This document shows positions 50,201 through 62,814 of a DNA stretch of 64,000 bases, piece by piece. Source of the DNA: Spirogloea muscicola (Eukaryota); the NCBI GenBank assembly GCA_009602725.1, contig WELB01000028.1, forward strand, positions 915,953 to 979,952, given 5' to 3'. The position numbers and the translations under genes are program-made. Numbering within the stretch: position 1 is the first letter of the stretch; every line of letters starts with the position of its first letter. Below the pieces are notes generated by a model. It had not been told where the DNA came from. It saw only the letters and a program-made list of their open reading frames with translations, and ran no database searches.

Positions 50201-53200
50201 TACTGGATGCAGAGCTCTCTTTGTCCAACAGTGAGAAGGACAGGATGGAGACAGAGCTAAGCACGCTCAGCAGCCGCAACAGAGAGCTGGTGACCGAGGT
50301 TGCAAATTGGAAGAGTCGAACTGCCATCATACAAGCTGAGCTTGCGGCAGTCAGGCGCGAGTTTGGGCCTGATTCAGGGAGTACAGAGGCAGCTCAACTG
50401 CACACTGTGAAAGGCCAGCTAGCACTTTCGGAGGCAGAGCGCACAGGAGCACAGGCAGAGTCAGCTGCACGTCAGGTCAACAATGTTCATGCAGCTGCAG
50501 GACAAGGGGGTAAAGCAGGTATACCGTCTTCAATCAGTCTTGGAGTGGTCCTCCTATTTAAGATGGTGATGCAAAATCATGACTGAATGCAGATCAGCCC
50601 TCATCATACTTTGACGCAATCCTTTCAGCAGTGCTCATGCATACGAAGTGCTCATCAGCAGTGCAATAAGTATATCCTCTTGGAGCTGTGGTGGCAAACA
50701 AGTCTCATATGTGTCAGCTTATGCAACCTAGGAGTTGTTCATGATGCAGGAGCTACAGCTAGTAATCTTGCACGGCAAGAGGACTCTGAGGTGCCTCCAA
50801 GTGATGACACTGTGGACTCTGTTGACTTATGTACAGACAGCATCAGTACCAAAGACACCTGCAGGAGCCACGCAAATGCGACGGCAATAGCCAGTCATTT
50901 GGGGGAAAATGACCATCTTGGCAATGTGGAATCTGGTGCTCAGAGCCCGTCAGCAATTGATGTTTCAGTAGCCAGCAGTCATGAGCTATGCAGTCGTCTG
51001 CATGGCGAGTGCACTGCCGTAAGAGGCAAGGTAGAGGAGCTCTTAAGCAGGTTGGAGCACTTGCAAGGAGAGAAGGAATGCGAGATCAAGGTACAGAATG
51101 CTGCCGCTCAAGAGCTCATTGAAGCCCAAAACTGGGCTACTGTCTCAGAATCTCGGCTCGCAGAGGAAACAATGAGGACAGAAGAGCTGCATTTAGCTGC
51201 CCTGGAAGAGAATGCAAGTATCAGCCACCGGCAGAATCTGCTGGCAGAACTTGAAGCTGCAAGACAAACATTAAATGAGCTGAAGGCATCAGAGGGAGCA
51301 TACCATGCAGGTATGCTTGGCCTGGCATAGGATTTTCGATCAGGCTTGTATCAGGACTGCAGGAGATGTGGCACGTCGTGCAACAATACTGCAAGATTGT
51401 TAAGAGCCCTTCAATTGTGGAAATCTTCTTTGCAAGGCCTTTGCAATGGCAGGCTGCCACAAGTCTGACACACATCTCATCTCTTCTTCTGATACTCCAT
51501 GCGCTTGCTGTTTTGTTCTACAATGCCCGACACCAGCATCTATCAGCCTCATTTTTGATTGCTTTTCAATGCAGAACTTGAAGCTTTAAGGTGTAATAAG
51601 GAGGAATTGGAGCAAGAGCTGGTTGGAGTGAAGGTGCAACTAGGGGAGATGGCAGTTTGTCTAGCAGATGCCACAAAGGAGGTAATATGCATATCAGTTG
51701 CCTGTAAGCCCCGGATGAATGGAAGCTGCTCTGACTTCTGATGTTGAGGTTTTGAGATAGTCCTAGTGCCAACGTTTGACTTTGGCTACTCATAGATTCA
51801 CATGAGAGAAGGGTCCACCTTGTGTCCCCTCTCTTGTTAGCTCTTGCTGGTGGTTACAGTCATCAGAGACTTAAATTAGCCAGATGGTGCCTCTCTTTCA
51901 TGACTAGATCGCAAAAGAGAGTGATGACTTTGCGAGACAAGCGAGAGAGAATGTTGAAGTGGAGAAGGCAGGCGGTTATTTGCAGCATACCACTCGTAGC
52001 CTGACTGACGCTGTGGACAAAGATAGGTATGTTGCTGCCACTGCCTCATGCCAACGATCTCTGAGAGACATTGGGGAATTGTCAATTTTCAACATCTGTG
52101 GGAGGAGGTCAATAAGATCAGCTGAAGTGGAATATTCATTGACACAGAGATCACAGACACTGACACAGAAGCAAGGCTACTGCTTCTGAAGCTCACTCTC
52201 AGGCGCATTCCCTATACTGCAGACAAACACTTAGAGAAGACACAGAAAAGCAAGAACAGCCAGGAGCGTTGAGGGCAGAGCAGCTTAGCAAGGATGTGGA
52301 GGACTTGAAATGCCAGCTTGGAGCCTGCAGGGATGATCGTGCTCGGCTGGTTGTTGAGCTTTCAGCAATGACACACGCTCAGGAAGAAGTGGCTGCCAGA
52401 TGTGGCAGACTGGAGCAAGAGCTGAGGGTTGCAGAAGAGCGTCAAGACAGCTTGAGATCTGCGGTCACGGCTTGTCAGCTGGAGCGTGACAGGTTGGGCA
52501 TGGACTTGGCAGCCATCACCAGCCAGGCAGTTGAGCTGGCATCGCAGTGCCAGGAGAAGCAGGCCCGTATGCAGGCGACACATCTGGAGCTCCAGAGATT
52601 GAAGGATGACATGCACGCAGGTAGCTTCAGGTTTGCTGAGCTACAAGCGGAGCTGGAAAATCAGCGGGAGGTGGCAGGTCAAGCACAACAGGAGGTTGAT
52701 ACTGCCCAGCTTGAGTTGGCAAAGTTGAGGGCGGACTTGGCAGCAGCACAGTCAGCGGGTGGCAGCGCGGAGGTGTCCAAGCAGGAGCTTGAGAACATGC
52801 TGGCAGATGCTATGGACCGCCTCAGCATGGCAGTGGAGGAGCTGGTGGTGGTGAAGGAGCAGAGGGAGCATCTTAGCCAGCAGCTCCAAGAGGTGCTGGC
52901 TAACGGGAGCATGCTGATGGCGCAGCTCAACGCGGCTAAGGGGGAATTGGACATGGAGCGGGCCACTCGCGACTTCATTGTTGGCAAGCTGCAGCACGAG
53001 CTTCAAGAGCTCTATGCCAGGTGTGTAGAACTGCACCTATGTTTGTTCGCCAGTCTTGGGCAGTCACTTGCTCACAGTTTGTTTCCATGTGACTAGGTAG
53101 CTGATGGGAAGCTGCTCTCTTTTTCTCCTCGATCCCTGATGGGCTGGCTGGCTGCGTTGCTGCAGAGCCAGTGATGACGCGATCGCCAATCTTGCTAATG

Positions 53201-54058
53201 TCATTGCGGAGAAAGTATGGCATTGTCCACACGAACAAATCCTCTTTGCTGACATGCCAGTTGGTCTTTGTTGGTGGGGTGCCTGCAAGCTGAAAAACTC
53301 AGCTTATCTCACACAAGGCATTGCTCTGGACATCAACTTACACCCATGCCGAATTTGTGCAGGATGCGGAGCTTGCGTCTGCTAGCGAGCGGCTGCAGGA
53401 TGCCAGGGCCACAATTGAGGCCCTGGGAGAGCAGCTTGTGGCCTTGGCGGTGCCGAGGCCGACCAGCCCGCCGGTCTTTGGAGAGTGGGGTTCTCGCAGT
53501 CCCGCCCTGCAGGAGCTGGCAGCGTCCACGGTCCAGAATCCCCTCTACCAGGAGTCTGTGCAGCACTGTCAGGACGGCAGAGCCAGCATCCGGATGTGGA
53601 ACGGCCTGCAGGTGCCAGGCCCAGCAGCAGCAGCAAGTCATGGTTCCCAGGGTGATGGAGAGCCGAGCTCGCCGTTAGTCCAAGCATCCGTAAGGCCACC
53701 ACCTTCTGCTGCAGATGCCGGATCCAGGCCACATAGATATCTCGGCGCGGCCCTCTCGCCATCGTCTACCTCACCCGGAACGCCTACAGAAGTCACAGTT
53801 TCACCGGCTGACTTTCCCAGCAACTCGTCGCCGTCGTACCTCTACTCGCCTATCTCCATCTCTAGACCTGGCATGGGGGGGCTGTCGTCGCAGCTGTACG
53901 AGCAGGGTGCACCAGCCAAGGCCAGGCTTGCGAGTGGACCTTCACCAGGGAGCAAGGAAGCAGGAACGCCGCGCCAGGGCCGCTTGGCCAAGGTGACCTT
54001 GTCAGGGTTCCTGGCTCGGGCAAAGCGTGCGCGGTGGATGTTTGACTCGGACAGGTAG
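47284..54058 (+). CDS. FPP: Filament-like plant protein (FPP/DUF869-like) coiled-coil protein
   Basis: VAEEAVS|GWERATAESKELK, LDAALK|ECMRELRKAREQQ, and C-terminal ELASASERLQDARATIEALGEQLVAL, with long heptad exons. Start inferred at ATG 47284. Confidence 0.8.
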
Positions 54059-54712
54059 TGAGCAACTTTGCCAGTGGCAATGCCCGCAGTGACGTTGTGA
54101 GACAACCAGGCTGGGTGGCAGCAACGGTATGCGGTGGCATCTCCAGTGTACTCTTTCCATAGTGAACCAAGGGCTCTCATTACTAGCAGCTAATTCTGCT
54201 GCAATCTGCTCACACCAAAAATTCGCCTTGGAGATTTGATTGTTGTACAGATCAATTCTGGACCTTAATGAAGTAGATCAATAGGAAGTCAGCGTCCTCA
54301 CCAAGCGGGGGACGAGAAGAACACCCAAGAAGTGCACAGTGGAATTTGTGCTGTGTTATGTTGATGCGGTAAACAACCATCACTCCCTCTTCAGAGCTGC
54401 CTGCGCTGTGCCTTCTAGACACAATGCAGAGTATCAAGACCTCATCAAGCTCTTCGTTCAGCCAATTGCTTCTAAGTCTGCATGGGCACCAGCCTGCGCA
54501 GCTGGCCTTACTAGATGCCAACATGTAAGGTCAAAGGCCAATGGAATAGTTGGAGCCGAGTAGCCTGTGGATGTCAAGAGCCCACCACACTTGGCGGGAC
54601 CATTGATGACGACACGTAATATGCGGAAGAGCAAAAGGGAGAACCATTTAGACAAACAAGACTAGACCCAGCTGCTTTTTTGCGGGAGTCTGCAGCACTG
54701 CACTGCTCGCCA

Positions 54713-56333
54713 TCAATCTTCGTCCGTGTCTGCCACAGCAGAGGAAGAAAGAAGCATGTGAGCAGTGCTAACTCGTCCCCGCTGTGCTGCTACATCAGCA
54801 AACGATGAAGACCTCGAGCCTTAGCACGCTGCTACCAACAAACCTGAGCGGACATCGTCGCCAACTTTGCCGCGGTTCTTGAGCTGCCGGAGAATCATCC
54901 GGGAGATGAGGAGCCACCAGTAGAGATGCACGAGCAGCAGCGTGATGAGCATGGAGTTGAAGGCATAGTATAGCCGCGGGCATGCCGGATTGCTCAGGTC
55001 CACAAGCTGCAGTACCTCCCAGCTGCAGCGGCGGGCAGCCGAGCGAGTCAGAGTCCTCTTGCAGGGCGAGAAGAGTCAGCGACAGTGACTTGGCGCCGAG
55101 CTGGTGATCTGGCTAGTCTTATGCAATGACAATATAATATTCAGACGGCCTAGCCATGCTTGTCAGCCTGAGAACCCAGGATCGTGGTAGGGCTCAGCAG
55201 CTTACACTCTGCACTTTACAGTGCAATATGTGTTGACAAGAACCTGGGCTAAAGACGGAGCAAGACATGTGGTAAAGACTTGCAGATGGATGCCACAGCA
55301 ATCAGGGCGAGTGCTTGACAAGAAGCATCACCCACATTCTGCACTCACCTTGTGCTGCGGATAATCCAGAAGGGGAAGTAGACGAGGCGCAGGGCGACCC
55401 AGGAGAAGGCAAAGAGGGCAAAGACGATGGAGGCAGCAGCGTCGCGGCCCGCGTACTTGAGGAGCTTTGCGGACTCCATTAACACGTCGCTTGCGTCGTG
55501 GAGCGCCAGCACGATGGAGCCCACGCGAAAGCTCCTGTGCACCACGGCGTCAGCAGCTCATTGGGTGAGAGCTGGCACTGCGGCCCGGGAGGGGCGGCGC
55601 ACTTTCATGGCTATCACGATGGTCGACGCATCGGTGGAGGTGGTTCACTGGTGCTCAGTTACATTGTAACAAGGAGGGAGGGAAGGGGGGAGGAAGACCT
55701 GGTTGCGTACGAGTATGCAATGAGGGCGATGGACACGAAGTGGTGGCCCATCATGACGCCGAAGTCCTTGCGGCGCGTCTCCCAGAACAGCAGCGCGACG
55801 ACGCTGTACACGTAGAACCCGCCCTGCCCAGTATACAGCAGCTTCAGCTTGAACCTGCGGTGGGCCCCGGCCAGGCAGCAGCAGCTCCGACGGCATCAGC
55901 CGCTCGGAACGACGGCCAGCCGCAGAGCGGCGGCAGCGCCGTCCAGCCGGAAGCAGGGCCGCAGCACGAAGTTCTACTATCCTTTCTGGATAACAACGAT
56001 GGGTTATCTATCCTACATTTCTAACCTTCACAGGTTAGCTCAGACCATGTCATTAACTGCATCCTATCGATAGTAAAAAGCTGTTATGATAGAGCTTTGC
56101 TTCAATGGGCGGTGGGGCGGACTTGATGGGCTGGTCGGGCCAGCCGGCCCAGAAGGCGGCGGTGCTGGCCGCCCACGGCTCCGGCAGCGTGACGACGAGC
56201 GCGTAGGCCTCGGCGGCGGCGTAGTAGGCCAGCTTCCAGCACGACTCCGCGAACTTGGCCGCCGTGCGCCGCCGCGCCGCCTCCGCTGCCGCCGCCGCCG
56301 CCTCCGCCGCCGAGCCGCCGCCGCCCTTGCGCT
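54713..56333 (-). CDS. LAG1: Ceramide synthase (LAG1/ASC1/LOH family); 5' end in gap
   Basis: KFAESCWKLAYY, WETRRKDFGVMMGHH, GSIVLALHDASDVLME, RLVYFPFWII, LHLYWW-type segment, GDDVRSDTDED-stop. Confidence 0.93.
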
Positions 56334-56963
56334 NNNNNNNNNNNNNNNNNNNNNNNNNNNNNNNNNNNNNNNNNNNNNNNNNNNNNNNNNNNNNNNNNNN
56401 NNNNNNNNNNNNNNNNNNNNNNNNNNNNNNNNNNNNNNNNNNNNNNNNNNNNNNNNNNNNNNNNNNNNNNNNNNNNNNNNNNNNNNNNNNNNNNNNNNNN
56501 NNNNNNNNNNNNNNNNNNNNNNNNNNNNNNNNNNNNNNNNNNNNNNNNNNNNNNNNNNNNNNNNNNNNNNNNNNNNNNNNNNNNNNNNNNNNNNNNNNNN
56601 NNNNNNNNNNNNNNNNNNNNNNNNNNNNNNNNNNNNNNNNNNNNNNNNNNNNNNNNNNNNNNNNNNNNNNNNNNNNNNNNNNNNNNNNNNNNNNNNNNNN
56701 NNNNNNNNNNNNNNNNNNNNNNNNNNNNNNNNNNNNNNNNNNNNNNNNNNNNNNNNNNNNNNNNNNNNNNNNNNNNNNNNNNNNNNNNNNNNNNNNNNNN
56801 NNNNNNNNNNNNNNNNNNNNNNNNNNNNNNNNNNNNNNNNNNNNNNNNNNNNNNNNNNNNNNNNNNNNNNNNNNNNNNNNNNNNNNNNNNNNNNNNNNNN
56901 NNNNNNNNNNNNNNNNNNNNNNNNNNNNNNNNNNNNNNNNNNNNNNNNNNNNNNNNNNNNNNN

Positions 56964-59246
56964 CGCCGCCGCCGCCGCCGCCGCGGGGCCTGCTTGCATC
57001 CAGAGGCCTCAACGTGGCCTGTCGGGTCATCGCCGGCCGGGCTGGCGCTGCTTGGCCTTGAGACGTCGTGGTGCGGTGCCCATCTCGCGGCGGCGGCGGT
57101 GATGGCGGCGGCGGTGGTTCCTCGCCGTCTTCCAGCTCCCCAAGAAGGAAGCTGTTGCAGGCGGCGGCGGCGGCAGCGGCGGCGGCGGCGGCGACGGCGC
57201 CGGCGCGCTGATGACCGCCTGTCGCTGCGCGCCCCGGTGCAGGGAGCTGTACGCGGAGGCGTGCCAGGAGCTGGCGGCGCTGCTGCGCGCCTGCTACGCC
57301 TCCGCGTGCAAGGCGGCGCAGGCCACGCTCTTCCAGCTCGCCATGGCCGCCTTCCGGTTGCTCCGAGAGTACGCCCCGGCAGCGCTCGTCCCCATGTCAG
57401 CTGTCGTCGAGGCCGTCAGTTCTCGTCGCGCCTCGGGCAGTGGAGCGTCTGCTGTCGCTTCTCGTCTGCCGCTCGTGGGATCCCAAAGCCATGAATCGAT
57501 GAAAGCGGCTCAAGCGAGTGCACCATGCCATGCCCCATCCAGGATGCAGACCGCGAGGCAGCGCTCGGCGGCCGCCGCAGTGCTGCGGGCGGCCGAGGAC
57601 GTGCTCCCCAAGCAGCGGCGGGCCGCGGCCGTCGGCGAGTACGCAGTCGCCGCCCTCCATCACCAGCGCCAGCGGCCCAAGCGCGGTTGGTGGTGCCGGC
57701 CGTTCGACACCTGTCGGTTGCCTCCTCCATCCCCCCTCTCCACATGGTGTCCGCCAGCCTTATCCATCATGTCGTTGGCAATTGAGCAGGCAAAGGGTTT
57801 TGCGGCTTAGGGGTTTAAGTTTAGGGCTTAGGGTTTAGGCTTCACAGCCACCTCAATGTCGTGGATGCTTGGTGCTGCTTGACAGGAGCGGCAGGCTGCG
57901 ACATCGAAGGAGAGCCCGGGACCTCAGGTTTTGCCGCCTGGTCACCAGAGAGCACTGCAGCAGCAGCTGCGCTTCTTGAAAAGTCAAGTTACAGAAAGTG
58001 GGTTCCTTATGCATGACGAGGGTCTTCTGGCTCCTCATCGTTGTTGAGGTATTTGAGCGCCCCTCACACAAGGTGCAGCGCCGCAAGCACGGCCGTCTGA
58101 GCTCCAGCCTCTCACATTTGACTGCAGTTGCGGAGCTACCTTCCGATGTTGTGCTGCACGTCTTCCGGTTGCTGGACGCACCCGCCCTTTCCTGCGCCAC
58201 CGCAGTCTGCAGGTGCTTCTGCTCGCCCAGTTGCACTTCATGCTGACAATGGGTTGTGGTCTTTCTCAGTGCACACCCACTTCTGCCTGGAAACTCACGG
58301 CTATTTCAACTCCCATTTTAGATCAACTCATCTTCAACTCTACTATCATATAATCCACATTCTTGAATGACATGGCGTGCTTGCTGTGTGGCAAAGGTCT
58401 TGGAGGGGCCTGGCTTCGAGTGAGGAGCTCTGGCAGCACCAATATGCTGCCACCTTCGGCCCGTTGCGAGCAGCGAACGCAGCCCTAGCCATGGCTGGTT
58501 GCACGGCGAATGGCAGTAGTCCGGCTGGGGCTTGCCAAAAAAATAAGGAAGACCACGGCACCATGCCTGGTGGGCATGGCGACAGGAGGCCTGGACTGGT
58601 GCTGGTGGACGGTGCTGAGGACACGAGCATGTCCATGAGCTGGCGCCGAGCCTTTCAACAGGGCCGACTCAAAGGTGACTGCAGACCTTCTGCAGTCCTC
58701 TCATTTGTGACAATGACTATTGGCAAATGACCACCTCACCTCTGTCCACTGTTCACAGCTCACACTGCATGTGTGTATGTGCAGATCCATCGTGGTTTCG
58801 GGGCTTGAAGTCTGGGCGGGCATACTGCTCTGGATGCAAGATGCTTGTGTGGCTTGGCGGGCCCTCTAGAGTGCTGGCATGGGGTCAACCGGTGGACCCC
58901 AGTGGGCACTGCCACAATCTCTGGCCAGTCTACTCTGAGCAGGTGACACATGCCTAAGCCCTGAGAATAAGATGTCAGTCTCGAAGCTGAACTCCTTCCC
59001 TCACTTGCCAAGTCGAAGAGAAGCACAGTGACCTAGTTCGAGGGCTCTGTAAGCACTGTTGCATAAGTTTGGCTCCAGCTCACCAGTGCCCTGTTGTGCG
59101 TGTTACAGGTTGTTGAGTATGCAATTATGGTGTCCAATGGCGACAACTTGCGAGACTTCTTGACGCACATAGACAGCGAGTCAGAAGAGGAGGTGGATCC
59201 GCCTGGACTTCGCTTTTGGCTTGTCCCAAAACTTTCAACGACATGA
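56964..59246 (+). CDS. F-box protein (At5g52880-like); start in gap
   Basis: ELYAEACQELAALLR...FRLL, MQT...AEDVLPKQRR, F-box ELPSDVVLHVFRLLDAPALSCATAVCR|SW, RAYCSGCKMLVW. Stop at 59244-59246. Confidence 0.85.
57804..57840 (+). repeat. Degenerate (TTTAGGG)n telomere-like tract in F-box intron
   Basis: ggcttagggg tttaagt ttaggg cttaggg tttagg. Confidence 0.7.
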
Positions 59247-59799
59247 CAATGACGTAGCCCCTGCAACTGGGCAATGACAAATGTTCCACTCCTGGAACAG
59301 TTGTCTTACATTTGTGTTGACCTTGTACTTTGTACCCTAAACCTTGACCGTGTTCCAGGTCGTTTTTTACATGTTTTACAACCTCAGGCTCAGGCTGAAT
59401 TTTGCTACATTAGGCGCGGGACTTGTCCTGCCCCCCATGTCTCTTGCAAGGGAGGGTGCAATGTTTATGCTGGCATGAGCACGATCTGTGTCTGGCAGCT
59501 CGACAAGATCAATAATCTACTTAAGAAGGTCAGCATACATCTGCTGTACAGCACGGCCTTCGTTATGGTATGATCCTATCATTGTTTCTGAACCTATGTT
59601 CTTTTTAGCTTTTTTTTGGGCCATGAGATGCATTGCTTAAAAGTTGAGCAGCAGGCGCTGAAATGGGATTGCAACGCAGCAATGGCGTTGACTGCCGGCC
59701 TCCTATGGAGCCTAGCTGATTTTCTGTGTTGACGCGCCGCGGACTTTGCTGCAGCTCCACCTCCGTTATTCAGCAGACTGTTGCAGACAGCAGTGGCAA

Positions 59800-60215
59800 G
59801 TGAAGAAGAGGGATGGGGAGGGTGTACGAAAGAGGTGGCAGGGAGGAAGAAAGTGCTCGCCCACAGAAGGTAGGGGCTGGGAAAGGCCAGCCAAAAAAGA
59901 ATGACAAGGACAAGGAGGTGGGGGAGGGGGAAGGAGGGGAAGCGGGTCGAGGGCAGTGTAGGCTTGATATTTCGATCTCTTTCCGTGACCTGGAAGCGAT
60001 CCTCAATTCCTCCTGGAGGCTCGGTGCCTTTGGGTCTTGTGTCCTGCCCCCGTTTGCATTTATTCATGTCCCTACAGCGGTCCCAAGGGCTTGCTTTTTT
60101 TGCACCCGCCGTGCCGGTCGCGCCCTTACAGCAGGCTCTGGCTTGCGCAGCGGGGTTGTTCTTCCTCCCCTCAGCTCATCTGACTTGCTACTGCTGACAC
60201 GGGGGTCCTTCGAGC
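59800..60215. mobile_element. Inverted B tail unit plus a diverged RLE C-terminus on the plus strand
   Basis: 60050-60210 reads RLHLFMSLQRSQG...RAGRALTAGSGLRSGVVLPPLSSSDLLLLTRGS (frameshifted). Confidence 0.65.
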
Positions 60216-60289
60216 GCCCTGTCTACCTAGCCTGTGGCTGCGCTAATATAGTCATGAACACCCTCTGTATGCACCCGGCTGGCTCTTAC

Positions 60290-60363
60290 TGTTGAATACA
60301 GTAATATGGTGAATCAGCGGGTCGGGTGTTGAACACTGTAATATGGTGAATCAGCGGGCCGGG
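60290..60363 (+). repeat. 37-bp tandem duplication
   Basis: tgttgaatacagtaatatggtgaatcagcgggtcggg twice, with 3 mismatches. Confidence 0.9.
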
Positions 60364-60714
60364 CTGTGAGACCATCCCGTCTGTCTCACTAGGCCGTGAG
60401 AGTCTCCCCTGCATCGGGTAAACTCTACACATCTGAGGCCACGCGGTGCTCCCGTGCGCCCTAGCCATGGCTGCCACCTACCGTGGGTGAGGGGGGAGCC
60501 TGTGCTATCTGTCTGACTGACTGTCTGAGATCTGAATCTGTTTGGCGCCATGAGCGCATCTGCATCTGTGCCGCCGCGTCGAGGGCGGTCTGCTGGGCCC
60601 GTAGACAAGGGCAAACGTCCGATGGAGGACTTCGACTGGCGGAAGGAAGAATCTGAGAACGCTGACTACAACAGACAGGAACAGGTATAGGAGCAGATAC
60701 AGGAGCGGTCAGCC

Positions 60715-61500
60715 CAATAACAAGCGCGGCCCAATTGACTGGTGGCTGTGAGAGGCCAGCCCAATGGAATGGACAAGGTCTGAAGGAGCCGGATGGCGTA
60801 GAAAGCAAGGTACTGAGTGCCACGACGGTGACAAGGGGACTCTCAGTAACCTCTAGTCAGTAGATGCATATCGGAATACAGAGCTAGAGCATCAGTGCCT
60901 AGAGGGTCGGCCGTGGAGCGGTCGTTGATTCAGGCAGCCTGGGAGAAGAAGTGTCCCATGATCCTCTTACAGACCACGTACTGGCTTGGTTTGGCCTCCT
61001 TTCGTTCATGCGCACAGCGCGCTTTGCCGCTGGCGGTTTTGCCGCTGGCGGAAGAGAAGGTTGCGTGGATGCTCGGGGACGACTACCAATGAGTATTGGG
61101 CCTTTAAAGAGGAGCAGGGGTTGTGAAAGGCCAGCCCAGATGCAATGGACAAGGTCTAACGGGCCGGAAGGCTCTAACATCAGGAGAAATGTGTGGGCAG
61201 GAGTTGTGAGAACAATAAGTACGGGTGACAAGCACAGGTACAGAATTTGGGACCAGACAGAGTGGAAGTGAGTAGCAATCGGTGCGGCAGCCCCAGCCCG
61301 TTCATTCGACGGTGTTCGGAAGGTGTGCTGGTGCTAATAAACGGAACTCGTCCCAAGGGGGCGACAAACGGGCGGCTAAGATACGACACTGGGGCCGCTG
61401 CTGACTTCAGCACTTCCAAACATATAAAAAGAGAGAGGCCAAGCGCGAAAATGATGAAGGGCTCGCCCGTTGAGGATAGGCGACAAGGGTGAAGCCAAGG
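60715..61500 (-). mobile_element. Subfamily B 3' end and tail units on the minus strand
   Basis: The reverse of 60880-60720 reads YSDMHLLTRGY-stop followed by the B tail. Further units lie at 61115-61170 and 61435-61490. Confidence 0.75.
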
Positions 61501-61619
61501 GGAGCAGAAATGCACCACAGGAAAACAGCTATACCTTATTGACGGCAATGACTGTAACAGAAGCACCTTTTCCGCACCCCCCCCCCCGGCGCCCCCTCAC
61601 TGGACAATGTTCTAAGTCA

Positions 61620-62735
61620 CTATATTCGCCGGGTCCCTCGCTCAAGTCTTCCGGATGCGCTTGGCTCTCTTTGCAGCGGTCCCTTGCATCGCGATGCCCT
61701 GGCGGGTTTGATGCGCGACGCCGGGTAGCGAGCGGTCGTGGAAGTGAACAACATCATGCCTATCACCACGGATGCCCAGGGACGTCGTCATCGCCGCACA
61801 CTTGACATTGTGGGCGTGCTACCTGGTGGAGGACCACGGGCCTTGGTCGATGTTGTTGTTACGGAGGCCTATAGAGGTCCAGCATCGGCCGACATCGTTG
61901 GCCACGCAGTGGATGGTGCCGAACTAAGAAAGCTGCAGCACTACTCCGATTACCCCCAATGCGATCAGCTCTTGCCAGCAGCACTCGATGTTTTTGGCTG
62001 CTTAGGTCCCCGTTTCCACACTCTCCTTCAAAATATTGCCAATCTAGGCTACACACGACATGCAGATGTGTTCCTGGCTGAGATGGGCTTGCCAGCTGCA
62101 TATCTGTCGTTCTTGCGACGTCGAGTTTCGGCCTGTTTGCAGCGTGCTCAGGCTAATGCTTTGCATCAGAAAGCTGGGCGAGCTCTAGTTGGTGGCAGAA
62201 GGGCTTCGTGTCTGCCATCTAGTATTCAGGCATCGATTAGCGACCTCTATGTTTTGACCCGTGGTTACTGACCGGGTCAATCTGCTGTAGGTTTTGTAGG
62301 TCTATAGATGTGCTTGCCTTTGTACTTGGCCATTTGGCCTTCGTTCGTTCAAAATACACGAACTTTTCCTTGCCTTCGCGGTTCACTTGCGCGCAGGCCG
62401 CGCTTTGGCTGCGGCCTCCGGCTTCCGTCAGGGCGACGTCTATCCGCCTGCTAGCTATTCCGACTTGCTTCTCCTGACTAGAGGTTACTGAGAGTCCCCT
62501 TGCTGCTGTGTCGGTACGTAGCACTCCGGCTCCGTCAGATCTTGTCCATTCCTTTGGGCTGGCCTCTAACAGCCACCAGTCCATCTGGCCGCGCTTTCCC
62601 ACGCCTTCATACACACTCCATTCCCTCGGCTTGAGGCTCCTCCGTTATTTGGCCCCTTCAAACCTTTGTCAACTCTTTTCGGGCTGGCTCCTCACAGCCC
62701 TTGCCCCTATTGGGAGAGCCACTTCTCTATTCCCT
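61620..62735 (+). mobile_element. Subfamily B host element, interrupted by an A insertion
   Basis: The left part 61620-61687 (AGSLAQVFRMRL..LQRSL) joins the right part 62374-62491 (FAVHLRAGRALAAASGFRQGDVYPPASYSDLLLLTRGY-stop) plus tail. The joined sequence is collinear with 9862-10160. Confidence 0.8.
61688..62367 (+). mobile_element. 5'-truncated subfamily A RLE retroelement with PD-(D/E)XK-like endonuclease domain and CCTTGC TSD
   Basis: RDALAGLMRDAG*RAVVEV...RTLDIV...LVDVVVT...ELRKLQHY...LLPAALDVFGCLG...RRRVSACLQRAQA...SDLYVLTRGY-stop. CCTTGC flanks it at 61682-61687 and 62368-62373. Confidence 0.85.
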
Positions 62736-62814
62736 CGGCGGCCCCCCCGCGCGCAGCAGCAGCGAACGCAGCAGCAACGAACCCTGGTGGCAATGAAGAA
62801 GAAGAAAGACTCTT

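Noticed and set aside
61738..62367. Fanzor/TnpB with an overlapping guide RNA
   Set aside because: No RuvC or zinc-ribbon motifs and no terminal inverted repeats. The motifs, 5' truncation and TSD fit an RLE non-LTR element.
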